A stretch of 64,000 nt of DNA, from contig NC_059426.1 in assembly GCF_021028975.2 (NCBI RefSeq), forward strand, positions 25,296,001 through 25,360,000. Reading direction: 5' to 3'. Of the stretch, positions 12,772 to 24,530 are shown in pieces. This stretch comes from Sphaerodactylus townsendi (Eukaryota). The position numbers were made by a program, and so were the translations under genes. The stretch's first letter is position 1. The number at the start of each line of letters is the position of its first letter. The notes beneath the pieces are model-generated. The model was not told where the DNA came from and ran no database searches. It saw only the letters and a list, made by a program, of their open reading frames with translations.

Positions 12772-15700
12772 CTGCAAACACAAACACACACAAAGCCTTT
12801 AGTAAAGGTGGGCAGTCAATAAAGAAAAATAAATACCACCCAGGCTTGTAGTCTAATAAAACCCCTTTGTTGCACAACTGAAGCGTGCTTCACGACATAA
12901 TTGGCCAACATCGATAAAAGTGGAAGTTTTTGAAATGTTTCTCTTTGCTGGTAGTGTAGGCCGAATTTCATGAATGCCAAGAATTTGGACAGAGCGTGGG
13001 ACAGAAGTCATGTCACCCACCAGCATTCTGATTGTGAGAAAGGGGAAATATGTCATGTTCCCATTTCCTCTCCCCCTCTTGCTTTATATCTTTGCCTCCC
13101 ACCAGTACTACATGCAGCCACTATTTCCCTTTCTTTCTCTACTTCTCAACCAATTTCTTACCTTTTCCCATTCCTCCCCCTTGGCAGGCTCTGCCTCCTA
13201 CTACTCTTCACCCACCAATTAGTTTCTCCTCCTCCTTTTTTTTCTTTTCTGGTCCTCCCGTTTTCCAGTTTTATCTTCCCCTCCTCCCATCTTTTAACCT
13301 TTTAGTCTCTCTCCCTCCTCCCACTGACACAAACTGGGGCTTGGAATCCTCAGTGTAATGTTGGTTAGGGGTTGCCTAGCAACTCCAGTGGTTGCTGGGA
13401 TCTCTCAATGCAGTTCAGTGAGAGCTCAGTGGCATCCTGTTCTGACAGAGGCAGACATGGCTTCTATGAGTTCAGATTTTTTTAAAAACCATTCAGTGTA
13501 TTTTGTAATTTTGCATAGTTTTCTGGGGCTTTCCCCAGGCTTTTAGAAGAATGCCTCTTCCATGGGCCCATTTGAGTGGATTTTCGATCCACAGTCTGAA
13601 GGCATTATTCACAACGTGGTAGCTGACAGTGCCTCGCATACAGGAGGTCCAGAGTTCCATCATCAACACATGTTAAGAAATTCAGGAAGGGGTGATGTGG
13701 AAGACCGCTACTTGAGACCCTAGAGAGAAAAATTCCAAGCGTCCACGCCATTTTAACTGACTGAGACAAGAGAAACTCTTCATAGTATTACGTAAAGTAC
13801 ATGGAAAACGTAGACACTCATTTCTTCAGGAAGCCTCTGCTCAGACAGCAACAAATGGATTGTGTTAGCAATGGGACTACCAACTATAAGTTGTGTGGAT
13901 AAGCAAGGGACAGGTCAGGATGGAGATTTTCACAGGTGGGATGCAAGGAGTTGATGTTTTACATAATCAGATCCATCTCCCCTGCCCACAGACCAACGCA
14001 AAAATGCTTGCTGAATACCTACTACTTCCCATGAGTATTGACGTTGAGGTCCAGCTGTTTCCATCTAGCCCCCATGGTGGGTATGTGCCACTCCACTCTA
14101 GCAGGGGTCTGCAACCTGTGGCTCTCCAGATGACCAATTGGCCATGCTGGCAGGGGCTGATGGGAATTGTAGTGCATGAACATCTGGAGAGCCACAGGTT
14201 GCAGACCCTATTGAGATTGTTGCCATCATTTATTGGTCTACCATCTGATACTTAGTGGTATTTATCGAATTAATCATATGCTTATTAAATTTGTAATTAG
14301 GCTGTTATAACCGAATTAATTATACATTTTAGACCATACTCTCGTTTCCAATTTTACAGGTCTACATTTTTTATTGTATTGTTGCCGATCTGTAAATTGC
14401 ACCAAATCAGTTTTGGGAGGGGTGATTAAGAAATTCGAGAAATAAAATAAAACAAATGTGCAACACATTCTCATTCACCCACCCAATGGGCATTGCTGAT
14501 CACTTCCTTGGAAGCGGAGGATAAATTTGGGTCAATCTATGCATATCCATCAAGGTACCTTATTTTTTTCTTTTTATTTAAATCCAGGAATTTTTACAAG
14601 ATTGTAATGTTTATAATCACTTCATACTATAAAATTATGATACAGTTAGTTATCACAATAGGATTAAATTATGGTTATAGTTACAAATTATAAAATCATA
14701 ATTACATGATACAAAATTATAAAATATTTTATAACATTAAAATGTATATATTTAGCTTTTAATTACAGTGCAAATATGCATAGTCTCAGTTACCGGACAT
14801 ATTATTCAGGCACATTACATTGAGACTAGTGGTGGGCAACTTTTGTTTGTCAAGTTAAGCTTTAAAAGACCCAAAACTTTTCAGGTTCTTAAACCCGAAC
14901 TCAAAAATTGCAAGCTCCGCACAGCTGAATGCAAGGATCAGCAGACCTGACTCCTGCTGTCAGTTGTGTGGGGTCGCCTCTCTGCTTGCAAAGATAAAAC
15001 CAGCTTCCAAGGCAGGAAGTGAGGGCTGCCTGCAGGATCAGGAAGTTAATAATCCCGCAGACAGTGAGGAAAGTTGAAACCTATGTGGCTTTTTCAGAAC
15101 TAGACCATTCGTCTCGGCCAAACAGTTGGGGGACAAAAAACCCTCCAAAATGGCTTTCTGTGTTTTTAGTCATTCAAATTTAGCAAATGATCATCCCTAA
15201 CCGACACATTAAAATAATACCAATCAAACACAAAAGAGAGCCAACTAGTGAAGGGAAGCTAACAAACTTTAGGTTCAAAGGAAACGGTATTCAAATGTTT
15301 AGCCTCTGCTTTAGGCCAAGTCAACAATTTTATTCATGCTTTATCTGCAGAACTCCCCACATAGATTTCCTGTTTAGTTTTAAAGGCATGAGGTCTATTT
15401 GGATTCTCTAATTCGTCATAGTTACCTAGAGCCTTTATGAACTCAAAATTTAATTGCCCCTCTTCAATGGTTTTGCTGGGCTGTCTGCTAAGGATTCCTT
15501 TTTCAGACCGGCTATGCCCCTGCCCTCTTCAATCAGTGGACTCCTTGGTACATATCCTTAAGCTAAAATGGATCGTGCCATGTTTTGGTCTGTGACCTCT
15601 TGAGTGACTTTAGAGCAAAAGGTTCAGCTGCTCTTAGAGGACTCTGTTGCCTGTTTTCGGAGGCTACAGAGAGGAATCAAACAGAGGTGTTTTTAGATAC

Positions 15701-16161
15701 GGGTCTTATTTAAGTTTTATGGTTTTCTTGTTCAAGCCCTCAGTCTAAGAACAGGGTGAAGGCAAGACAGAAAGTGAAGCGTAGCAAGGCAATTACACGT
15801 GCACCTCTGGAGACGAAATGCACACTCCAGTAATAGAAAAAGCTGGTGGTTGATGGAATGAGCTATCTTGTTGCAGCAGATTTATGGCAAGAGATGAATT
15901 GAGGTGGTTTGCCATTGCCAGTCTCCGTGTCATTACCCTGGACTTTTTCAGTGGTCTCTCATCGTAGTAGTAAGCAGGACTGACCCTGCTTAGCTTCCAA
16001 GATGTGACGAGACTGAAAAAGCCTGGGCTATCTGGGTCAGGGCAGAAAGGCTGACACAACTCCTTTTTATCAGTTTCTACATGCAGACAACACTTGCCTG
16101 AATCAAACAGACCATGTTTAAGGTGAATACAAAGTTCCCTCCCAAAAGATATATCTGATAC

Positions 16162-16298
16162 CTCCATGCTTGGCGATGAGTGACTCTCATCATGGTGAAC
16201 ATATTCTTGTATTGTATGCACTTGCTGCATTAAGAGGTCACAGTAGAGGCGAAGTTCAGACATTTTGGTTTTTAGAGAGTCATTGGTTTCATTCATTT
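16162..16298 (-). CDS. PLEKHA3: PLEKHA3 exon 4
   Basis: EMNETNDSLKTKMSELRLYCDLLMQQVHTIQEYVHHDESHSSPSME; AG/GT boundaries; 137 nt. Confidence 0.96.
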
Positions 16299-16950
16299 CT
16301 GCAAGAACAAACAAAAACAACATCTTTACAAGACCAATTTAAATGTTTGCATTTTAATTATTTTAAACGAAAGCGCTGGCACATTCTTAGCTTCTCTGCA
16401 CATTGATAAGCTTCAAGATATCTGCCAATTCTTACTTCTTCTGATTTGCTAAATACCTACACATGCAATACAAGTTAGGTAGATCTTCGTAGCCTGTTAA
16501 ATAGCTGGATGGACAGAGTACATGTTTTGCATTAACAGGCAGAGCTCTTCTGAAATCAAATAGGCTAACTATATCTCCCTATGATGCCTCAAAAAGAGCA
16601 CAAACTTTTAAACAATCAGTATAATCTCCTCTCTGCCCACGGGAACACTGATGAGCAAAGAGAAGACATATGTGAGCAAACAGAAAATTGTAAGGATGGA
16701 TCCTGTGATGTGTGAGCAGAAGATACTCACAATTGTAGATTATTTGCAATTATAAGCCTCCATGAAAAGAATGGATATAAGCACATGGGACAGGACACAG
16801 GATGACAGAGACTTTACTCTGTACAACCACCCTTCAAAAAATAAAAATCCAGAATTCACAAGGATCAAAACTTTAACCCAATTGCCAGAGTAAAAAACCA
16901 GGTTTTTGACAAGCAAAAAGATCTTTGGAGCCCTGATATCCCACTCTTCA

Positions 16951-16953
<3 letters not shown>

Positions 16954-16999
<46 letters not shown>
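16954..16999 (+). repeat. (TTA)n microsatellite, about 15 units
   Basis: Direct reading; probably a LINE tail. Confidence 0.95.
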
Positions 17000-17000
<1 letters not shown>

Positions 17001-17389
17001 TGTGCGCCATCCTCCCCACAAGGGCTCAGTGCGGCTTACAGTAGTAAATGACATATACATTTGATTAAACAAGCAATTAAAACACTTAAAACAATTTAAA
17101 AAGTTTGAAACAGTTAACAGTAGTTAAAATCCAATCTAATCTAGTTAAAATAATTTAAAACAGTTGTAGTAGTTAAAATCTAATCTAGTTTAAATACATT
17201 TAAATTAAAATGAATTAAAAGTTTAATTTCAAATCAAAGTTAAAATAAGACCAGCAACAGATGCCAATTTAAACCACAGGGATTCAGGCTTTGGGCCGGG
17301 AACAAGTGCAATTAAGTTTTCAGGCCTCAACCAAAAACCTGGCGGAACAACTCTCCCTTACAGGCCCTGCGGAAACACATGATCCGTAC

Positions 17390-17545
17390 CTTTTTCTTTC
17401 TTTGATCTGGAATCTGCCAAACAGGCCTTGGAGCTTCCCAGTGCAACCAGCCACCTCTGCCGTTCGGCTGCGTTGACGGCTTTCATGTAGAAATGCTGTT
17501 CCCCAGGGATTATTAATTCCATTCTTGTGCTGTCTGTGGGATGAA
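17390..17545 (-). CDS. PLEKHA3: PLEKHA3 exon 3 (end of PH domain)
   Basis: [52 protein letters not shown], read by hand (not in the ORF track frame); AAG acceptor, GTACGG donor; 156 nt. Confidence 0.94.
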
Positions 17546-20500
17546 CTTACAACAAAGACAGAAGTAAAAATAAACATCTAATAAAAGCGTAGATTTTCAA
17601 ATGTCGCTTGGAAGGACAGAGGTGATGTGTTCCGAAAGTAACTGTTTCACTCCAACAGTTAGGTCTGAGTCTAGTAGCAACTTAGAGACCAACAAAAGCT
17701 TCAGGGTACAAGCTTTCGAGAGACGAACCTCCCTTTTGCACAGGCAGAATAATGCACTTTCATAATTATTTGCAAGTGGATTTTACTATTCCGCACAGTA
17801 AAATCCAGCTGCAAAGTGCATTTGAAAGTGGATTGAAAGTGCATTATTCGGCACGTGCGAAAGTGCCCGCAGTCAGAACAGAAGCTGAGAGATCTGAGTC
17901 CTTTCATCCAAGTCAGAAGGTGGGGGGACGGTTGTAAAGAATGTTTGTAAAGGGTGCAAAGGCACAACATATTATAATCAGCCTGATTAGCGTGTGTGCT
18001 GACAAGTTACAGCTGACTTATGGAAAACCCATAGGGTTTTCAAGACCAGAGACATTCAGAGGTGGTTTGCCATTGCCGGCTTCTGCATGGGTTGGAAGAG
18101 TTCTGAAAGAACTATAACTTGCCCAAGGTCACCCAGCAGACTTCACGCAGAAGACTGGGAAATTGAACCTGGTTCTCCAGATGAGAGTCTGCTGTTCTTA
18201 ACAGCTGCTTGATTAGCTGGCTTGATTAGACCAGATGGAAAACGCTTGCGGGCAGAAAATTAGAACCCATAGTGAGATTAAAAAACCCCATGTCCTTGTT
18301 CCGCCCTGCGTGGTCCATTGTTCTGAACTTGCTAATTAACTCGAGTTCACCAATCACAGGCTGTAATTTCCCTGTTTTCAGCTACTAAGTTTGCGTAAAT
18401 TTACGCTTTTTGCGTAAATTTGCTATGCCAATTGCATAAATTTACGCTTTTTGCGTAAATTTGCTACTTCGTTTACGTAGTGCATGCGCAAACGGCGTAG
18501 CTTCGGTTTTTGCCAGTTTCAGTTTTCACCAAGTGTCGCCGGACGAATTACCGGCGAAAACCAAGGTTCCACTGTATAAAGCCGTGTCCATGTGACTTTT
18601 GACAGCAAGGCTATGACTGAGTTCAAGCAGGTGTGTTTACTGCAAATAGTGTGGGCACAATGGGAACGATCATTTGTTTTGTTTGCATTTGTGGCAATAT
18701 TTATTTTTTAGAATGAGAAGCAGCTGGGCTCAGCTCTGCCAAAATGAGAAGGGTCAAGAAGTCATGCTCTCTTTCATGGAAAGCGTGGATTACATGGGCT
18801 TTGGGTAGTTTTTTTCCTCTGGGGAAGCAAAATTATGTGCTCGAACACACACTTTCCTTTACTACTGCCTATGTTGGTCTTGGTTTAAGGCTCCCACTAG
18901 TTTTCCACCACTCCCTTTGGAATGGCTCCTCTCTGTAAATCGCACTTCACAAATTTTGTTGCTTTTTTTGCAAGCGACCTCAGTTCCCCGACCCTTCAAG
19001 CAAACTGTGAAACAGGAATCTGTGAACTCCTGAAACTTATTATAGTTACTGAACATGTGGCCACTCTTACACACCCACAAGACGACAACTGGTGAATTGT
19101 CTGCATTCTCTGGAAGCCACTTTGGGCCACCCAAAGTGAGAAAAGGCAGGTTAAAATATTTTAAATCAACGAATGTACAAATCAACAAACGAATTTTGGT
19201 TCTACACCCTAGGGTTACTAACCATGTGGTGATGGTAGAACATGATGTCAAGTCACAGTATGGCAACCCATAGGGTTTTCAAGGCAATGAATGTTCAGAT
19301 GTGGTTTGCCATTGCCTTCCTTTGTGTAGTATCACTGGACTTCCAAGTACAGACCGGAGCTAAGCAACAAGATCAGGCTAGCCCGGACTGCCCAGGTCAA
19401 GGTACTAATAAGGTTCGCCTGACTCATTCAAGCTTATACACAGATGTTTGTCAAGTGTGCCTTGTAACAATCAGAGAAGTGTGGAGGGGCTTTAACTGCT
19501 AGTCGTCATGCTGTCCCAGTGAAAACGGACTGGCATGCTGCATGTGCTCAGACTCACGGTCCTTACCACAGTCAGCCTGTTTCAAATGAATGTGGACTAC
19601 ACAGAATTTTAATTAGTGAGGGGCAGCCATGTTGGATACATTAAAAGAGCTGGTTTCCTTTGCTGACCTTTTTGTGGAGGAGGACAGTAGGGTTGTACCA
19701 TTGAAGTTCTCCAAAATGGTGGGGAAGTGGAAAGCCAAGCATCCCCATGCCCTTTTTCTTCCCTTTTAAAAAAGAACTCTTATCCCCAAACTGCAACTTT
19801 CGCTCTTTTAATCCTTACTCATATTTTTGTCCTCAGTTTTACTTATTTTTATTTTCTTTGTGTGTGTGTGCCATCAAAGTCACTGGTGACTCATGGCAAT
19901 CCTGTAGGTTTTTCAAATGCAAATAGACATTCAGAGGTAGTTTGCCGTTGCCTGCCCCCACATGGGCTGAAAGAGTTCTGAAAGAACTGTGACTGGCCCA
20001 AGGTCACCCAGCAGGCTCCATGTGGAGGAGTGGGGAATCAAACCAGGTTCTCCAGAATATTGTCTGCTGCCATTAACCACTACACCCTCCTTTCTGCCCA
20101 GTCAGAACCACCAAGGCTGCTTATTTACTTCTGCATTCTCTGAAATGGGAAGATAGTTCAGAATTTTGAAATTTCTTTTCATAGATGGTGCACCACAAAT
20201 TACGAAAAGCTGACTTCTGATTTGGTAACTTCTTTTCATAGTTGGTGCACTACAAATTACAAAAAGTTGACTTCTGATTTGGTAACCTGACAGGCAGAAG
20301 GGTTTCCCTTGAATTTATTTACGTTGGTGTTTATAAGCTGTTCCTCCAGAATCCTGCTCAAAATGGTTTACAAGTAAAAACAATACTATAAGGTTATAAA
20401 AACATCATACATTATCAACCTGAAAAAGCAAAAAACTTGAAACAAGACAGGGGCATAAAAAAACTATTGGGTAACCCTAAAATATGCCCTTTCTAGTTGC

Positions 20501-20610
20501 CTGCCACCTCACTTTGGAAGGCAGGGACACAGAGATCAGAGCTTGAGGGATGGATCTTAACTAACATGCTAGATAGTACAGGAGGAGACGGTCCATCAAA
20601 TAGACTAGGA

Positions 20611-20744
20611 CAGGATTCTGCAACCTGTGGCTCTCCAGATGTTCATGGACTACAATTCCAATCAGCCCTTGCCAGCATACTGGCAGGGGCTGATGGGAAT
20701 TGTAGTTCATGAATATCTGCAGAGCCCCAGGTTGCAGACCCGTG
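20611..20744. mobile_element. Palindromic hAT MITE variant (CAGGGGTCTGCAACC ends)
   Basis: Perfect TSD GACTAGGA; related copies at about 7533-7658 and 14102-14210. Confidence 0.85.
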
Positions 20745-20901
20745 GACTAGGAGCTCCAATTAATGCAGAATGCACCCGAGTTGAATACTGTGACATGCAA
20801 ATATATTCAGCCTATGTTAGATCAACTGCATTGGGTGTCTGTTTACTTCCAGACCCAGTTCAATTAGATGATATTAACATGTTTCTGATTGTTGGTCTTA
20901 C

Positions 20902-21018
20902 CTTTGATTTCACACACGGCCATCTTTATGCTTCCTTTACTGCCCTTGCAAACGTCATCCTGTGAATCGTAGTAAGACAATATCCCATTATCTAGAACAA
21001 ACCAGCGAGGCTGCCAAC
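20902..21018 (-). CDS. PLEKHA3: PLEKHA3 exon 2 (PH domain)
   Basis: [39 protein letters not shown]; CAG acceptor and GTAAGA donor; 117 nt. Confidence 0.97.
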
Positions 21019-21162
21019 CTGGGAAACAACCATGCAGAACAGAAAGCAACATTAGTCTCATTCTGTTTCAAGACAATTTTTAAAAAATCAGACAAAATTA
21101 ACTATAATATTGTATTATTAATATGACTGACTAGCATATCCTTTCCAGTTCTACCTAAGTAG

Positions 21163-21743
21163 AACTGGAAAGCGGCTTGGGACCCTCATACCTTCGTGAC
21201 CATCTCACCTCATATGTCCTGGGTAGGCCTCTGTGGTCGGCAGAGGCAAATTTACTGGTGGCCCCCGGCCCCTCCATGATGCGGCTGGCCTCTACCCGGG
21301 CCAGGGCTTTTACGGCCCTGGCCCCTGCCTGGTGGAACACTCTTCCATCAGAGGTGCGGGCCCTGCAGGATCTTGGTGAATTCCACAGGGCCTGTAAAAC
21401 AGTTCTGTTCCACCGGGCCTTTGGTGAGGCCAGCCACAGATTCCCCCTCTAGGATACCCTTGTGTTGCGTGCCATCATTGGCATGCCTGATATATTATTT
21501 AATCAGTACTGTCCCCTCCCGGCCTTGGGATCGGGCACCATATATTATTGCTGCTGCTGTGTTTTATGGTTATAAATTTGTAAATTGTTTTAAATTACCT
21601 TTGTTTTTATGTGTACAATGTTGTTTTTAGCCTGCTGTGTTTAATGTTATTATGCATTGTTGTTGCAGGCCTGCTGTACACCACCCAGAGCCCTTCGGGG
21701 ATGGGCAGTTTAAAATCTAATATATAAATAAATAAAATAAAAA
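21163..21743 (+). mobile_element. L2 LINE 3' fragment
   Basis: GPSYLRDHL...RAFTALAPAWWNTLP ORF2 C-terminus; (TAAA)n tail; TAAGTAG on both flanks. Confidence 0.8.
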
Positions 21744-24315
21744 TAAGTAGGGTTTCCACCTCTGGATTGAGAAATTCCTGGAGATTTGGGGGCAAAGGGT
21801 GGAGTTTGGGGAGGGGAGGGGAAGGATCTCAGCAGTGTATAAGGCCATGCAGTCTACCCCCCCAAAGCAGCCATTTTCTCCAGGGGAGACTGATCTCTGT
21901 AGTGTAGAGATCTCCAGGCCCCACCTGGAGGCTGGCAACCGTGCATCTAAGGCCTGTACTGTTATTTCCACTTTTGCAGATGGGAATCTAGAGAGATGTA
22001 TAGCTGAAGGCCTCTTAGTAGGTTTATGGTCAAGGAAATATTAAGATGTGGGAGATACCACATAACAGTTCATTCTCTTTCTGTGCCATCTTAAACAGAG
22101 ATACGCCATTCTAAGTCCACTGAAAGGCAATAAAAGGGTGTAATTCCGCATAGGATTGAATTGCTAGCCACTACAGAATACTGTCTTCCATTTTGTTCCA
22201 GTAAGTATTCCTGCAGCATGGCTATATACAGCTTTTCTTTCTAATAATTCAGCAGTGGGGGTGGGGCCAGACTGATTCCAGCAACAGCTGTGAAACCCTG
22301 AAGCCCCACCCGGGAGGCAAGAATAGCCCCAGTGCAGCAGGCAGTCCTGCCAACAAAACAGCTGTAGTGGTGTGACCTACATTGATTACATCAGCACAGG
22401 ATGCCACTGGGCCAATGACATCCCCGGCACTAGCCAAGAGCATGCCACCAATAGCAGCTCCTACAGTGGGAGGGTCTTGAAGGGAGGCCCCAGCCAGGAA
22501 GGAGTTCAACCTGGTGCGCAGAAGATGGCCAAGTGAGCAACCAAGCTCAGTGAGGGAAGGGAGGAAAGGTGTCCTCTTCCACCAGCCACAGCTGTTCATA
22601 GGGCAACCAGGGTGGTGGGGATTATGTAACCCAGTAAGGAGGGTGTAGTGGCAGGATGCGGTTTGAGGACTCCTATTTATGGAGGGCTTGAAACAGGCTG
22701 AGAAGGAAGGGTGGACCTGACTCTAAAGGGGAGAGCACAGGATTCCCAGGGAAAAAGAAGAACAAGGGGATGCAAACCCTTCCTCTTCCCGTTCTGAGGT
22801 CTTGGGAACCCTCTCCAGTGGGTTGGACAAGATGGTGCAAGGAAAGCCCACGGGCTTGGACAAGAGAGAACAAACAGTAACACACACTAACAAACAATCG
22901 TAGTTTCTGTTTATTAGATTATCAGTTATCTCCTGTTTCTTTCACTCTCACTCTCTAGTAATATGCTAACATATTTAAATTTAATTGCTCGATTAACAAC
23001 TTGGCTGGAGATGGATGAGGCAAACATTCTAAAAGCCAAAAAAAGAGCACAGAAAAACTATTTCATTGGCAGGCAGCCCAATGTTGATTTCAGGTTCTAC
23101 TCTTTTAAAAAATACAATCTCTGACTACTCTTGTAGTATTTTAAAACACCTAAAAGATAAAGAGGAAGTTGTCCATCATTATTTTGCGATTTCACAAGAC
23201 TCTGTCCATTAACTTTTGCACATAAAGCTCTGTCAAGGAACATTAACACCACTATGAATCTGATAAAGATATCTTAGACCCAGGAAAGCTCATAATGGAA
23301 TAACGGTTGTTAGTCTTTAAGTATAAGGAGTATAAAGTATAATGATCTTCACTACGTGACAACAGGTAAGCTGCGGCAGCCATTTTGTGGCTGGCTCCAC
23401 CTCCTGCAGCAGCCATTTTGTGACTGGCTGCAGGAGCCAATTAGTGGCTGCTCCCACCATAGTGTGTCAGAATTGCAAAGGTGCCCACAGACCCAAAAAG
23501 GTTGGAGACCCATGCTTTAAGGTGCTGATAGATTCCCGCTTTGTTTTGCTGTTACAGACTAATATGGTTATTGATCTGGAATGTCCCTGCAACATTTTAA
23601 AATGTTTTGTGTATGTTTCTTTGGATAGACAGGGAAGTTGTAGAGGGAAGGAGGGGTGAAAGGGGAATGAGAGAGCAACGTGATCCATTGACACTGAACA
23701 GTCTGTGCTGAACTGAGGCCCCTTACACACATGCAGAATAATGCACTTTCAATCCACTTTCACAGTTAGTCTGAGCTAAACTGAGTCAGAGTGTTACCGA
23801 AATACTGAAATACTAGAATTGGAGTCAAATCCTAAGAGGATCTCAGAGATGTAAAGGAGTAAGAGACCGAACTGGTATAAAGAGAAAGTTACCTGCAGAA
23901 GTTGTTGCCTCTGTTTTATTTATTGTAAATTACTTCCTGAAACATGTAAGCTAAGGAACATAAATAAAACAAAATTTTACTTTGTTAAATGTCATCTGGA
24001 ATCCCACACTACTAATTTCCTCAGGACCACCTAGACCTTCGAAACTGCTTTAAAGCTCGAACACACTACCTCAAGAGAAAGTATAGTGGGGTTTGGAAAT
24101 AAATTCCTAGTGGCAGCGAAATATAGAGAAGGAGAGGAAGAAATAAAAACATTATTTTGCATCTATTATATTTATTTGTAAAGAAATAAGAGCGGGCATC
24201 GAAGTTCCCATTTACCAATTGTTCTTAGGAGCTGTTGAAGCGTATTTTGAAAGCAAGCAAGAACATGTACGTAAGAACGAAGCCGTGTAAGATTAATACC
24301 TCAATCAGTAATATA

Positions 24316-24530
24316 CCGTTTCCCTGAATAGAAGACATCCCCTGAAAATAAAACGTAGTAGAGGTTTTGCTGACATGTGAAATATAAGGCATCCCCCGAA
24401 AGTTTTTGTTTGGAAGCATGCCCGATGAACAGAACACAGAAAAATAAGACATCCCCTGAAAATAAGACATAGCGCATCTTTGGGAGAAAAAATTAATATA
24501 AGACGCTGTCTTATATTCAGGGAAACACGG
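24316..24530. mobile_element. Tc1/mariner (pogo/Tc2-like) MITE
   Basis: TIR CCGT(GT)TTCCCTGAATA; TA TSD; internal AAGACATCCCCTGAAAATAA repeats. Confidence 0.75.

Noticed and set aside
16150-16161. GTATCAGA donor as a possible U12 intron
   Set aside because: It lacks the GTATCCTT consensus and I found no U12 branch site before exon 5
16640-16695. CTGATGA...GAAA as a hammerhead
   Set aside because: No stem II or stem I pairing can be drawn
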